This document shows positions 37,310 through 47,314 of a stretch of 64,000 nt of DNA, piece by piece. This stretch comes from Planctomycetota bacterium. Its GTDB lineage: Bacteria > Planctomycetota > SZUA-567 > H5-PLA8. The stretch lies in the NCBI GenBank assembly GCA_045863855.1, contig BTVV01000005.1, positions 53,631-117,630 of the forward strand, written 5' to 3'. Every line of letters begins with the position of its first letter. The first letter of the stretch is position 1. The translations under genes were made by a program, and so were the position numbers. A model generated the notes under the pieces. The model searched no databases. It was not told the DNA's origin and was given only the letters and a program-made list of their open reading frames with translations.

Positions 37310-38062
37310 ATGGCCGGGCATTCACATGCGGCGAACGTGGCCGTGCGCAAGGGCAAGCAGGACCGCCTGCGCGCGCGTGTCTTCGGCCGCCACAGCAAGA
37401 ACCTGATGATCGCGGCGCGCGACGGCCCCGATCCGAATTTCAATTTCTCGCTGCGCCACGCGATCGAGAAGGCGCGCGCGGACTCGATGCCCAACGACAA
37501 GATCGAGCACGCGATCAAAAAGGGCTCGGGACAGATCGAGGGTGTGCGCGTCGAGGAGTTCATGATCGAAGGCTACGCGCCGGGCGGCGTGGCGCTCTTG
37601 ATCGACTGCATTTCCGACAACCCGCAGCGCACGCGCCCCGAAGTGGGGAATATTCTGGACAAGAACAACGCGAAGCTGGCGGCGAGCAACGCGGTGAAAT
37701 GGATGTTTCAGCGCAAAGGGCTCTTCGCGGTCCCGGTGGCGAAGATCGGCGAAGAGCAGTTGATGGAACTGGTGCTGGAAGCCGGCGCCGACGACATGAT
37801 CCGCAGCGACGACGTGTACGAAGTCACGACCGCGATGGAAGCCTTCGATTCGGTGCGCAAAACCCTGGAGCAGGCCGGCGTCGAGACGACGGTCGCGGAA
37901 TTGAAGTACCTGCCCAACACCGAGTGCGAAGTCGACGGCGCCACGGCGGCGCGGATCTTCAGCCTGATCGAGAAGATCGAGGACCACGAGGACGTGAACG
38001 CGGTGCATACGAACCTGGCGTACACGGACGAAGTGTTGAAGGCGCTGAAAGAAGGCGCGTAG
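37310..38062 (+). CDS. yebC: YebC/PmpR family protein
   Basis: MAGHS, GPDP..N..L, MP.D.I..AI, EGYAPGGVA, SDN..RT, F.RKG. Confidence 0.95.
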   Translation: MAGHSHAANVAVRKGKQDRLRARVFGRHSKNLMIAARDGPDPNFNFSLRHAIEKARADSMPNDKIEHAIKKGSGQIEGVRVEEFMIEGYAPGGVALLIDCISDNPQRTRPEVGNILDKNNAKLAASNAVKWMFQRKGLFAVPVAKIGEEQLMELVLEAGADDMIRSDDVYEVTTAMEAFDSVRKTLEQAGVETTVAELKYLPNTECEVDGATAARIFSLIEKIEDHEDVNAVHTNLAYTDEVLKALKEGA

Positions 38063-38192
38063 CGATTGCGGCTTGTCCGTTCAAACTTGGCGGGGAACGC
38101 GGGACCGCGCAGGGTCCGCGCACACAAACGGCCGCAGCGTCCGGATGCTTGAACTTCGAAGGTTTACCTTTTAACTCGTTCGCGGGGCGCTC

Positions 38193-38708
38193 ATGCCCGT
38201 AACGCCCACGCATCGCTACATCGGCATCGACCCCGGCACGCAGGTCGCCGGCTGGGGCATCGTCGAAAGCCAGGGCTTGAACTTGAAGCTCGTGGCGTGC
38301 GGCGTGTTGCGCGGACCGGCACGGGGCGAGATGGGCGCGCGGCTGAAGGCGATCTTCGAAGCGCTGGAAGGGGTGCTCGCGCAGTACCGCCCCGAAGCGG
38401 CGGGGCTGGAAGAGACGTTCGCAGGGCAGAACCCCAAATCGGCAATCGCGATGGGCCAGGGGCGCGGCGTGGCCTTGCTGGCGCTCGAACGCGCGGGGAT
38501 CCCCGTGACCAGCTTGTCACCCAACGAGATCAAGAAGGCCGTCACGGCCAACGGGCACGCGGGCAAGGATCTGGTGGCAAAAATGGTCTGCGCGCGGCTG
38601 GGGCTGGCCAAGCCACCCGAACCGGCGGACGTGACCGACGCGCTGGCGGCGGCAATCGCCTTGGCGCAGCGCGCGCCGGCGCAGAGCTGGACCGCGCGGG
38701 GCCGCTAA
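38193..38708 (+). CDS. ruvC: Holliday junction resolvase RuvC
   Basis: GIDPG, EETF, GQGRGV, IKKAVT.NG.A.K, DVTDALA; follows yebC. Confidence 0.95.
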   Translation: MPVTPTHRYIGIDPGTQVAGWGIVESQGLNLKLVACGVLRGPARGEMGARLKAIFEALEGVLAQYRPEAAGLEETFAGQNPKSAIAMGQGRGVALLALERAGIPVTSLSPNEIKKAVTANGHAGKDLVAKMVCARLGLAKPPEPADVTDALAAAIALAQRAPAQSWTARGR

Positions 38709-38825
38709 GATCCTAATGCTTTTATTTTTACTACACTATTATATATTTCGGTGTAGTTAAAATTTTCAGGCTTGGGGCAGACCGTACGTCTGGTGCTCCA
38801 TTATCCCATTGAAGGAGGCACGGCC

Positions 38826-40064
38826 ATTTCACGCGCGCGCTTCGTTTTCGGATGGAGTCTCTTCTTCGCAGCTTGTGCGTACGGGACGGAGGCGCCGAAG
38901 GCCGGCGGCTTCCTTCTGAAGGAAGGCGACTTGCTGGCGTTTTGCGGCGACTCGATCACGGCCGGGGGCTTGTACCCGCGCTACGTCGAGGCGTACTTGC
39001 GGGCCTGTGCGCCGGTCCCGGGTCTGCGCATCATGAACGTGGGGCGTTCGGGCGAACAAGCGCGTCACTTCCCGCCTCTGATGGACGGTCTGCTGGCCGC
39101 GAAGCCTACGGTGGCGACGATCTGCTACGGGATGAACAGCTCGCGCAGCGCCAAGGTATTGGGCGAGGGCTCGGCGCAAGGCGAGGCCGCGGCGTTGCGT
39201 GCGATCGTGGAAAAGCTGAAGGCCGCGGGGTGCGCACGGATCGTGGTGGCCTCGCCGGGTTGCGTGGATTCGACGCACTTCGCCCTGGCTCAATCGAAGC
39301 CGGCCGATCCGGCGGCGGCGGAAGCAACGAACAAGAATCTGGCTCTGATGGGCACGGCGGCCGAAACGGTGGCGCGCGAGCATCAGCTTGTTTACTGCGA
39401 CATCCATCATCCGATGATGGACGCGATGGCGAAAGCCAAGTCCAAGCACGGGACGGCGTTCGCATTCGCCGGCGGCCCGGGAGACGGCGTACATCCGGGC
39501 GGCGCGGGGCACCTCGTGATGGCTTGGGCGCTGCTGAAGGCGCTGGGGTGCGACGGCGCGATCGGCACGATCGCGCTGGACCTCAAGAGCGGCAAGGCCG
39601 AAGCGGGCGCCGGGCATACGGTGCTTGCGGCGGCGGCGGGGCAGATCGATCTGGAAAGCACGCGCTATCCGTTCTGCTTCCTGGGCAAACCCGACGACGC
39701 CAAGTCGCCGCGGAGCGTCAGCGATCTGATCGCGTTCAACGCCGAACTGAACCGGCTGATCCTGAAGGTCTCCGGCGCAGCCGGGAAACGCTTTACGGTG
39801 ACGTGGGGCGCGGCTTCGGCGGAGTTCGACGGCGCGGCGCTGGAACAGGGCATGAACTTGGCGGAAGCGTTCCCCGAAAATCCCTTCTGCGCGCCGTTCG
39901 GGAAGCTGCTGTTCTCGATGGAAGAGCGTGCGACCTGCGAACGCGCGCTGCGCATGGATCATAAGGGCAGCGCGGCGATGCAGGCGCGGCTGGACAAAGC
40001 GCTGGCCGGCCTGACGCCGGTTCCGGTAAAACACACGATCAAGGTGGCGGAGTCCGGGAAGTAA
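38826..40064 (+). CDS. Exported SGNH/GDSL hydrolase (start uncertain: ATT 38826 or TTG 38772)
   Basis: GDSIT, GRSGE, YGMN, DGVHP blocks; AGGAGG lies 7 nt before an in-frame ATT that opens a signal peptide. Confidence 0.82.
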   Translation: MSRARFVFGWSLFFAACAYGTEAPKAGGFLLKEGDLLAFCGDSITAGGLYPRYVEAYLRACAPVPGLRIMNVGRSGEQARHFPPLMDGLLAAKPTVATICYGMNSSRSAKVLGEGSAQGEAAALRAIVEKLKAAGCARIVVASPGCVDSTHFALAQSKPADPAAAEATNKNLALMGTAAETVAREHQLVYCDIHHPMMDAMAKAKSKHGTAFAFAGGPGDGVHPGGAGHLVMAWALLKALGCDGAIGTIALDLKSGKAEAGAGHTVLAAAAGQIDLESTRYPFCFLGKPDDAKSPRSVSDLIAFNAELNRLILKVSGAAGKRFTVTWGAASAEFDGAALEQGMNLAEAFPENPFCAPFGKLLFSMEERATCERALRMDHKGSAAMQARLDKALAGLTPVPVKHTIKVAESGK

Positions 40065-40176
40065 CTCCTTTAGCTCGAAGTACTCGGCTTACTAGGGCGC
40101 TCCCCCTCCCCGCGACTTGCCGCCTCTCGCTCCGGGCGGTACACCGTATCCCGTCAACACGCGCTCGAGGATGCTC

Positions 40177-41079
40177 ATGGCCGAGGCCACGCCGCGGACG
40201 GATGCCGCCGCGCCGACGTACCGCTTGCTCACCCGCGCCGATATCCCCGGCGCGCAGCGCCTGCGTGAACTGGCCCATTGGAATCAGACCGACCGAGACT
40301 GGGAACACCTGCTCGAATTCGAACCCCTGGGCTGCTTTGCCGCCGAGTACGCGGGGCAATTGGCGGGCACCGCGACAACGACGCGCTTCCTGCCCGCCGC
40401 GGGCGCGGGGAGCTTCGGCTGGGTCGGGATGGTGCTGGTCGATCCCGGGATCCGGCGCATGGGCATCGGCTCGACGTTGCTCAAGCGTTGCATCGCGTAC
40501 CTCGAAGGCGCCGGGGTCGAGACGGTACGGCTGGATGCGACGCCGATGGGCAAGAAGGTCTACGATCAGCTCGGATTCGCCGACGAGTACGGCTTGGAGC
40601 GCTGGGAAGGCACGGCGCGGGGAACGTTTCCGGCGGCGAGCGTTTGCACGGTGGAAGCGCTGACGGCCGAACGCCTGGACGGTGTGGCGGCGTGGGATCG
40701 CGAGGTCTTCGGCGCGGACCGGGTGCGCGTTCTGGCGGCGTGGCGTGCGGACTGGCCGGAGTGCGCGCTCGCGGCGTACGCGGGCGGGACGCTGGCGGGC
40801 TACGCGCTGGCGCGGCGCGGTTCGCGCTTTCAGCAGATCGGTCCCATCGTGGCCGCGTCGCCCGTCGTAGCCGAGGGGTTGTTGCAGGCGCTCTTGCACC
40901 GGCTGTCGGGGCAGCCGGTGATCGTGGACTTCGTAACGTCGAACGCGTGGACGGCGGAGCTTCTGGCTCGGAGCGGATTGGCGCAGCAGCGCCCATTCAT
41001 CCGTATGGCCAAGGGGCCCAACCGGTCGCCTGGAAATCCGGGGCCGATCCTGGCGATCACGTGCCCGGAATTAGGCTGA
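40177..41079 (+). CDS. GNAT family N-acetyltransferase (YitH-like two-domain)
   Basis: VLVDP..RRMGIG, LDATPMG..VY..LGF, IGPIVA. Confidence 0.88.
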   Translation: MAEATPRTDAAAPTYRLLTRADIPGAQRLRELAHWNQTDRDWEHLLEFEPLGCFAAEYAGQLAGTATTTRFLPAAGAGSFGWVGMVLVDPGIRRMGIGSTLLKRCIAYLEGAGVETVRLDATPMGKKVYDQLGFADEYGLERWEGTARGTFPAASVCTVEALTAERLDGVAAWDREVFGADRVRVLAAWRADWPECALAAYAGGTLAGYALARRGSRFQQIGPIVAASPVVAEGLLQALLHRLSGQPVIVDFVTSNAWTAELLARSGLAQQRPFIRMAKGPNRSPGNPGPILAITCPELG

Positions 41080-41139
41080 CGACCGTTCTTTGAATGGGGT
41101 AACTCGCTACCTTGAAAGAAGTTAGCTCGGAAACCCCGC

Positions 41140-41151
41140 GCACCGGTGCAA
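41140..41151. promoter_or_regulatory. GCACCGGTGCAA palindromic site upstream of an ECF sigma gene
   Basis: Identical to 7670-7681. Confidence 0.4.
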
Positions 41152-41263
41152 ACCTCATGCAAGTTTCTTGCCTACCTCTCGTTAGCCTCATAGCCGAAGG
41201 GACCTGCGGGTTCCGACGGCGCGGCGGTCGCAGGATTGGCCGCCGGGGCGGAAGGTAGCGCTC

Positions 41264-41800
41264 GTGGCGCGGGACGATACGCCTGAGCCCGGGATGGGCG
41301 ACCTCCGCCATTTCGACCAATGGGTGCAGGAGCATCAGCAGAGCGTTTACACGTACATCCTGCGGATGATCGGGAACGCGCAGGATGCCGAGGACTTGAC
41401 GCAGGATGCGCTGATGCAGACGTACCGGACCAAAGCGCGGGTGGCTCCGGAATCCGGTGGGTACTTGAAGTGGTGCTTCCGGATTTCGCGGAATCTGGTG
41501 ATCGACTACCGGCGCAAGAAGCGCCCGCGGGGTGCGGAAGAAGAAGAGCTTGAGCGCGCGGTGGACGCGCGGTCGCTGCGGCCCGAGGAAGTGTACGAGC
41601 ATCGGGTGAAGGGCGGCGAACTGCGCGAGGAACTGCTGGCGCTGCCGGAGAAGTACCGCGAGGCGCTGTTGCTGCGGTACCAGGTGGATCTGAGCTACGA
41701 AGAGATCGCTCAGGTGATGGACGTACCGGTGACGACGGTGGAAACGCGTATTCATCGGGCGAAGAAGATGCTGCGCGAACGGCTTTCGCGCCGCAGTTAA
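41264..41800 (+). CDS. ECF RNA polymerase sigma-70 factor
   Basis: DAEDLTQD, WCFRISRNLVIDYRR, LPEKYRE...LSYEEIA...TVETRIHRA; alternative start 41294. Confidence 0.94.
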   Translation: MARDDTPEPGMGDLRHFDQWVQEHQQSVYTYILRMIGNAQDAEDLTQDALMQTYRTKARVAPESGGYLKWCFRISRNLVIDYRRKKRPRGAEEEELERAVDARSLRPEEVYEHRVKGGELREELLALPEKYREALLLRYQVDLSYEEIAQVMDVPVTTVETRIHRAKKMLRERLSRRS

Positions 41801-41890
41801 AGACGAGGGCGATGCACGGCGCGTGACGCGGCGGGCATCGAAATAAATGAAAGGGCTCGCACGGGGGTGCGGGCCGGGAACGGGCAGGTT

Positions 41891-44170
41891 ATGAGCGAGA
41901 CGCCAACTTCTATCGAACCGGCGGCGCCGGCTCCTCTGGACGAGCTGGAGCTGCAGCGCTTCATCGACGCGCGCCTGGACGAGTCGAGTCAGGCGGCGTT
42001 GCAGGCGCGGTTGAAGGCCGATCCGGCTGCGCGGCGGTCGCTGGATGCGCTGCGCGAAGAAGACGCGCTGATGCGCGGTGCGCTGGAAACGCTGAGCGAA
42101 CCCCAAGGCAAGCTGGGCGAAAAGATTCTCGCCACCCTTTACGACGAACAACGGCAGCGCATGCGGCTGGAGCGCGCTCGCGTCTTCCGCCGGCGGCTGG
42201 TCTGGTCGGTGGCGAGCGCGGCGGCGGTGATGCTGGCGCTGCTGTTGATCAAGCCGCGCGAGGAAGCGGGCGCGGTGGTGGCCGGTTCGGGCGTGGGGCT
42301 GCTGCAGAAAGACGGCTCCGTGGCGGCACTGGAACGGACGCAGCGCTTCTACGAGGGCGACACGCTGGTGACGGCGCATGGCCAGTTCGCGCGGATCCGG
42401 CTGAGCGACGGGAGCCAGGTGGATCTGGACGAAGACAGCCGGCTGCGGATCGAGCAGGCGGCGCATCGTTCGCCGATGCTGGCGCTGGAATCGGGACGCA
42501 TGGGGCTGCAGGCCGGGCCGCATAGTCTGGGCGTGCTGGTGCGGCCGGGCGTGGAGGCGGCGGAGACGCTTTCCGCGGAAGCGGGCGTGGCGTTCGACCT
42601 GTGGCTGGCGGCGCCGACGGATGCGCGCTGGCCGGATTGGGCGGAAGCGTGGTCGCGCGCGGAGCCGGCGCCGGACGCTTCGCCGCGGCGGGTCTGCGTT
42701 TCGGTGGCCGAAGGCACGGTGTACGTGAACGGCGGCGGAAATCTGCGGCCGGTGGCGCTGGGCGCTCAGCAGCGCATCGTCTTCGGGACGGGTTTGCCTC
42801 CTCAGAGCGGCTTCGATATCGATGCGCTGCATGCGCTGGATCCGCGGCGCGAAGGCTGGGCCGGCATGGACGGCGCCGGACCGCAGGACCGCCTGATGCT
42901 GGGACTGCTGGATGCCTGGGATCCGATTGAATTGGGCGAACGGCTGGGGCTGGCGAAGGACGTTCCGGGCGGGCCGGAAGCGATCGGCGCGGCGCTGAGG
43001 CAGATGCGCGAAGGGCTGCATGCGGCGGACGCGGCCGAGCGGGCGCGGTTGCTGGGCGCGGGACAGCAGAGCCTGCGCGAAGCGACGCAGGGCCTGCTGC
43101 TGCGCGACGAACGGCGCTACTTGGAGCGCGTGGTGGAAGGTTTGGCGCATTACGAGCGCGCCCGGTCGCTGCGCGCGCTGCGGACGCCGCAGGCGCAAGC
43201 CGATGCGCGCAACGCCTATCTGGCGGCGGCGGTGGCGTTCCACGAGGCGCTCAACGGCGCCGAGCCGGAAGTGGGCGCGGAACAGGCCGAGCCGCTGGGC
43301 AAGCGCCCGGCGCCGGAACTGCATGCGAATCTACGGCTGTCGGACCTCGCGCCGCCCGCGCAAGGCAAGCTGCTGGCCTCCTTCTATCAGGCGTGGGCGC
43401 TGCTGGGTCTGGCGCAGTCCCAGGGTTCGGCGGGCGGGGATGAAGTTCCGCCGGAGATCGCGGCCTTGGATGTGGCGGAGTCGTTCGAGCAGGCGCGGAC
43501 GCTTTTAACGCCTGGCGTGGAAGCGCTGGCGGCGCAGTACGGTCTGGCGCTGGCCCTCGGATCGAGCGGCCAGGCCGAAGAGGCCGCGGCGGAGTTCGAG
43601 AAATTGGCTTCGGTTTCGGTGGCCGGACTTTCGGCGGGTTCGAAGCGGCAGGTCGAAGGCTTGCGGCAGGCTTCGCACGTGGCGTTGATCCGCCTGCATG
43701 CGCAGTCGCGCAACGGCGTGCAGCTCGAGAATTGGCTGGATACGTTCCGCGTACGCTACCCGCTGGACGCCGACGGCCGCGCGGGCCGGGCGATCCGGGA
43801 AGTGCTGAGCGAGGCGCTGCTCGAAGGCGCAGAACGGGCGCTGCGCGCGAAGGATTACACGCAGGCGCTGGACTGCTTCCACGACCTGTTGGCGCAACCG
43901 GGTCTGGACGAGTCGCTCGACGCCGCCGCGCGGTTCGGGATCAAGTGCGGGCAGCTTGAAGCGTACTTGGGCGTGGAAGACGGGCGGCGGGCGGCGCGAG
44001 CGGCGCGCGAACTCGAACGGCTTCTGCCCGACGGGCTCTCGGCAGAACGGCGCGCGGACTTGCTGAGCCAGATGGATCGCGCGAAGGCGCTCTTCGAACG
44101 CCAGCGGCAAGAACGCGGCGCCGCCGTGGAGTCCGCTCCGGAATCGATCCAGCTCGATCTGAGCGAATAA
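41891..44170 (+). CDS. Anti-sigma factor with FecR domain and C-terminal helical/TPR-like region
   Basis: N-terminal anti-sigma helices, single TM, GDTLVT...LSDGSQVDLDEDS..L.LESG FecR pattern, V.V.EG.V. Confidence 0.78.
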   Translation: MSETPTSIEPAAPAPLDELELQRFIDARLDESSQAALQARLKADPAARRSLDALREEDALMRGALETLSEPQGKLGEKILATLYDEQRQRMRLERARVFRRRLVWSVASAAAVMLALLLIKPREEAGAVVAGSGVGLLQKDGSVAALERTQRFYEGDTLVTAHGQFARIRLSDGSQVDLDEDSRLRIEQAAHRSPMLALESGRMGLQAGPHSLGVLVRPGVEAAETLSAEAGVAFDLWLAAPTDARWPDWAEAWSRAEPAPDASPRRVCVSVAEGTVYVNGGGNLRPVALGAQQRIVFGTGLPPQSGFDIDALHALDPRREGWAGMDGAGPQDRLMLGLLDAWDPIELGERLGLAKDVPGGPEAIGAALRQMREGLHAADAAERARLLGAGQQSLREATQGLLLRDERRYLERVVEGLAHYERARSLRALRTPQAQADARNAYLAAAVAFHEALNGAEPEVGAEQAEPLGKRPAPELHANLRLSDLAPPAQGKLLASFYQAWALLGLAQSQGSAGGDEVPPEIAALDVAESFEQARTLLTPGVEALAAQYGLALALGSSGQAEEAAAEFEKLASVSVAGLSAGSKRQVEGLRQASHVALIRLHAQSRNGVQLENWLDTFRVRYPLDADGRAGRAIREVLSEALLEGAERALRAKDYTQALDCFHDLLAQPGLDESLDAAARFGIKCGQLEAYLGVEDGRRAARAARELERLLPDGLSAERRADLLSQMDRAKALFERQRQERGAAVESAPESIQLDLSE

Positions 44171-44345
44171 CCAGCCGAATCCGCGCCGGATTCTCCTTCC
44201 TAATCATCCAGCGGTGACGCCGTATCGTACGCACAAGCGCATGGCGCTTGTACATCCCTGGAAGCTCCGTAGACTGTCCTCCAACTTTTAGGTACGTCTC
44301 ATAGCTTGCCTGGAGCGCGGCGATGCCGCGCCGGGACGGAGCGGT

Positions 44346-46514
44346 ATGGTTCAAGAATTGGCCCATCCTATTCGGCAATTGATCATGCTGGCCTTGCGCT
44401 GGAGCCTGCTGGTCAGCCTCACACTGATGATCCTGATCGTCTCGGCAATCCTGTTGGCGGTGAACTATTACGGCGGCCAGCAGATCGCGGAAGAGCTTTC
44501 GGGGCAGTACCTGCACAAGACCGGCGACTTGGTTGAGCAGAAGCTCGTCGATTTCTTTCAGCCGGTCGTCAAGAACCTGTTGAACGCGCAGAAGTGGGCC
44601 AAGCATGGGGTGGTCAAGCCGGAAGACGTGAAGGGTTCGAACGCGGTCTATATTCCCATCCTCGAGGAATACGATCAGGTCACTTCGATCGCCACGGGGG
44701 ACGCGGACGGCTACAGCTACCGGCTCGGTGCGGAAAAAGAGAATTTCCAGACGCGCATATCCAACGCGGGGGACAAGGACGCGCTGCCCGAACTGGCCCT
44801 GTGGACGCCGGACGGCGAGTTGCTGAAATCCTGGACGGACAAGAAGCCCTTCGATGCGCGCGATCGTCCCTGGTATCTGGGCGCGATGGAGAATTACAAA
44901 CGGGCCGAACAGCGGCTGAGCCAGACGGAGATCTACTGGAGCGATCCGTTCATTCTGCGGACGAGCCGATTGCCCGGGATTGCGGCTTCGCTGCCGTTCG
45001 AGCACCCGAACGGCAAGGTCTACGTGATGACCTTCAACCTGATGCTGACGAAACTCTCGGAATTCACCGCTTCGCTGCATCCCAGTCCCAACGGTAAGGC
45101 ATTCGTGCTTTCGGAGCAGGGCGCAGTGATCGGCTTCCCGGCCGATCCACGCTACACGACGAGCGAGGAACGTGCGCTGGCGGTGAAGGGCGATAGCGAG
45201 GAACTGCCGAAGCCGGAGGAACTGGATATCCCAGACCTGACGGCGGCGGCGAAGCTGTGGCTGGGACAGGGCAAGCCCAATGACCAGGTGCTGGCCTTCG
45301 ACAGCGGAGGCGAGCGCTGGCGGGCGATTTTCCGGCGCTACAAGCTACCGCACCGACAGAACGCAACGACCGCGATCTATATGGGGATGATGGTGCCGGA
45401 GCGCGATTTCCTGGAGCAGGCGAAGCGGCAGCAGCGCAACATTCTGGCGGTATCGGCCGGCGCGCTGGCGCTGGCGATGCTGCTGGCCTTCGGCCTCGCG
45501 CGTATCTACGCGCAACCGCTGCGCAAGCTGGCCGAGCAGAGCGAAAAAATCACGGAGCTGGACCTGCGGCCGGGGCAGCCCATCCGCACCCACGTGCTGG
45601 AGACGTACCAGCTCGCCGAATCGCAGGAGCGGATGCGCACGGCGCTGGACAGTTTCGCGCGGTACATCCCGACCGAAGTGGTGCGTGAACTGCTGCGGCG
45701 CGGCGAGGCGGCGCGAATCGGCGCGCGGGCGTGCGAAGTGACCGTGATGTTCTCGGACGTGCGGGGGTTCACTACGATCAGCGAACGGATGACGCCGGAA
45801 GCGCTGACGGCGCACATGGCCGACTATTTCGAATCGCTGATGAACCTGATCATCCTCGAGCGCGGCACGATCGACAAGATGATCGGCGATGCGATTATGG
45901 CGCTGTGGGGCGCGCCGGTGGACGACAAGAATCACGCCCGCAACGCGGTGCGCGCGTGCCTGCGCTGCCAGTTGTTCCTCAAAGATTTCAACGAGAAGTG
46001 CAAACAGGACGGCAAGCCGCCGCTGATCACGGGTTTCGGGCTTTCGAGCGGGATCGCGATGGTGGGCAACATGGGCGCGCCGGCGCGGCTGAACTACACG
46101 GCCATCGGCGATATCGTGAATCTCGCCAGCCGCCTGGAAGGCACGACGAAGATGTACGGCACGGGCATCCTGTGCAGCGAGGCAACCAAGGATCTGGCCG
46201 GCGCAGGCTTCGAATGGCGGCTGGTAGACCTGGTGGCCGTAAAGGGCAAGACGATGCCGGTTAAGGTGTACGAACCGCTGGGTCCGGTGGGCGCGGTCGA
46301 TCAGGCGGACCTGGATTTCGCGCGCGCGTACGAGGCGGCCTTCCACCAGTACTTGAAGCAAGACTTCGCCGGCGCGCTGGATTCGCTGGACAGCGCGCGG
46401 AAGATCCGACCCGAAGACGTCTCCCTGCACCGGCTGGCCGTGCTTTGCCGCGAGTACCTGGAGGCGCCGCCCGGCAAGGACTGGGACGGCGTCGAACGGC
46501 TCAAGACGAAATAG
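44346..46514 (+). CDS. Membrane class III adenylate cyclase with Cache-like sensor and HAMP
   Basis: Two TMs; FDARDRPWY (Cache); FSDVRGFT, DKMIGDAIMA, YTAIGDIVNLASRLE, VKGK. Confidence 0.93.
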   Translation: MVQELAHPIRQLIMLALRWSLLVSLTLMILIVSAILLAVNYYGGQQIAEELSGQYLHKTGDLVEQKLVDFFQPVVKNLLNAQKWAKHGVVKPEDVKGSNAVYIPILEEYDQVTSIATGDADGYSYRLGAEKENFQTRISNAGDKDALPELALWTPDGELLKSWTDKKPFDARDRPWYLGAMENYKRAEQRLSQTEIYWSDPFILRTSRLPGIAASLPFEHPNGKVYVMTFNLMLTKLSEFTASLHPSPNGKAFVLSEQGAVIGFPADPRYTTSEERALAVKGDSEELPKPEELDIPDLTAAAKLWLGQGKPNDQVLAFDSGGERWRAIFRRYKLPHRQNATTAIYMGMMVPERDFLEQAKRQQRNILAVSAGALALAMLLAFGLARIYAQPLRKLAEQSEKITELDLRPGQPIRTHVLETYQLAESQERMRTALDSFARYIPTEVVRELLRRGEAARIGARACEVTVMFSDVRGFTTISERMTPEALTAHMADYFESLMNLIILERGTIDKMIGDAIMALWGAPVDDKNHARNAVRACLRCQLFLKDFNEKCKQDGKPPLITGFGLSSGIAMVGNMGAPARLNYTAIGDIVNLASRLEGTTKMYGTGILCSEATKDLAGAGFEWRLVDLVAVKGKTMPVKVYEPLGPVGAVDQADLDFARAYEAAFHQYLKQDFAGALDSLDSARKIRPEDVSLHRLAVLCREYLEAPPGKDWDGVERLKTK

Positions 46515-46519
46515 CCACG

Positions 46520-47239
46520 ATGCCCGAGCCGCTTCCGCCCGACTCCCAGTTGCTCTTCTACACCATGGTGCGGGGCGACGAACCCGAATTAGGCGTCCTG
46601 CTGCCCCAATTGCGGCGGCACTACCCCGGCGCGACGATCCTCGTGCATTTCGACGGCGCATCCTCGGCGCTGGGGGAGGCGCTGGCCGAACACTACGGCG
46701 CGCCGCACTTCGTCGAGAAGCGGCGCTTGTACGAAACGGTGTACGGCGGCGAACTGCTGCACGGGATGTTGGAACGGATGCTGGCGTATCCGGCGGAAGC
46801 GATGTTCAAGATCGATCCCGATTGCCACATTCGCCGGCGCCTGACGCAGTTGGGCCCCACTCCCATTTTCGGGCGGCTGCAGGCCAAACCCAAAATGGCT
46901 TGCCCGCAAGGCGGCTGCGTGGGCTTCACTCGCGCATCCGCCGAACGGATCGTGAAGTGGGGCGGCCTGCGCGCCGACGGGCTCAAGGGTCCGGGCTACG
47001 TGAAATTCTGGCGGAGCGTTCCTAAGCGGCATCCCGATCCGGAATTCGCCGGGCGCGTGGTGGCGGAGATCGTCAAGCGCGCCGAACAGAAGGGGTTGGT
47101 CTCGTTCGACTGGCTGGTTTACCTCGCCGCGCATCACACCAAGCAGCGCATGGGCGAGCATCCCGAGATCGGAAGCTTCTGGCGCAAACTGCCCGCGGAC
47201 TTGAGCAAGTTTGCGATCACGCACCCGCATAAGGTTTGA
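46520..47239 (+). CDS. Hypothetical protein, possibly GT-A glycosyltransferase-like
   Basis: KIDPD (DxD-like), QGG motif, terminal HP.K; follows the cyclase by 5 nt. Confidence 0.5.
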   Translation: MPEPLPPDSQLLFYTMVRGDEPELGVLLPQLRRHYPGATILVHFDGASSALGEALAEHYGAPHFVEKRRLYETVYGGELLHGMLERMLAYPAEAMFKIDPDCHIRRRLTQLGPTPIFGRLQAKPKMACPQGGCVGFTRASAERIVKWGGLRADGLKGPGYVKFWRSVPKRHPDPEFAGRVVAEIVKRAEQKGLVSFDWLVYLAAHHTKQRMGEHPEIGSFWRKLPADLSKFAITHPHKV

Positions 47240-47314
47240 AGCGCAAGAGGGTAACGCAAGCGGCCCGAGCTCGCGCCCGGGCCGCCGCAAACGCCTTTCG
47301 AATCCGCCGGCCTC

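Noticed and set aside
38193..38708. RuvC-domain effector such as TnpB or Cas12
   Set aside because: 171-aa canonical Holliday junction resolvase in the usual yebC-ruvC context
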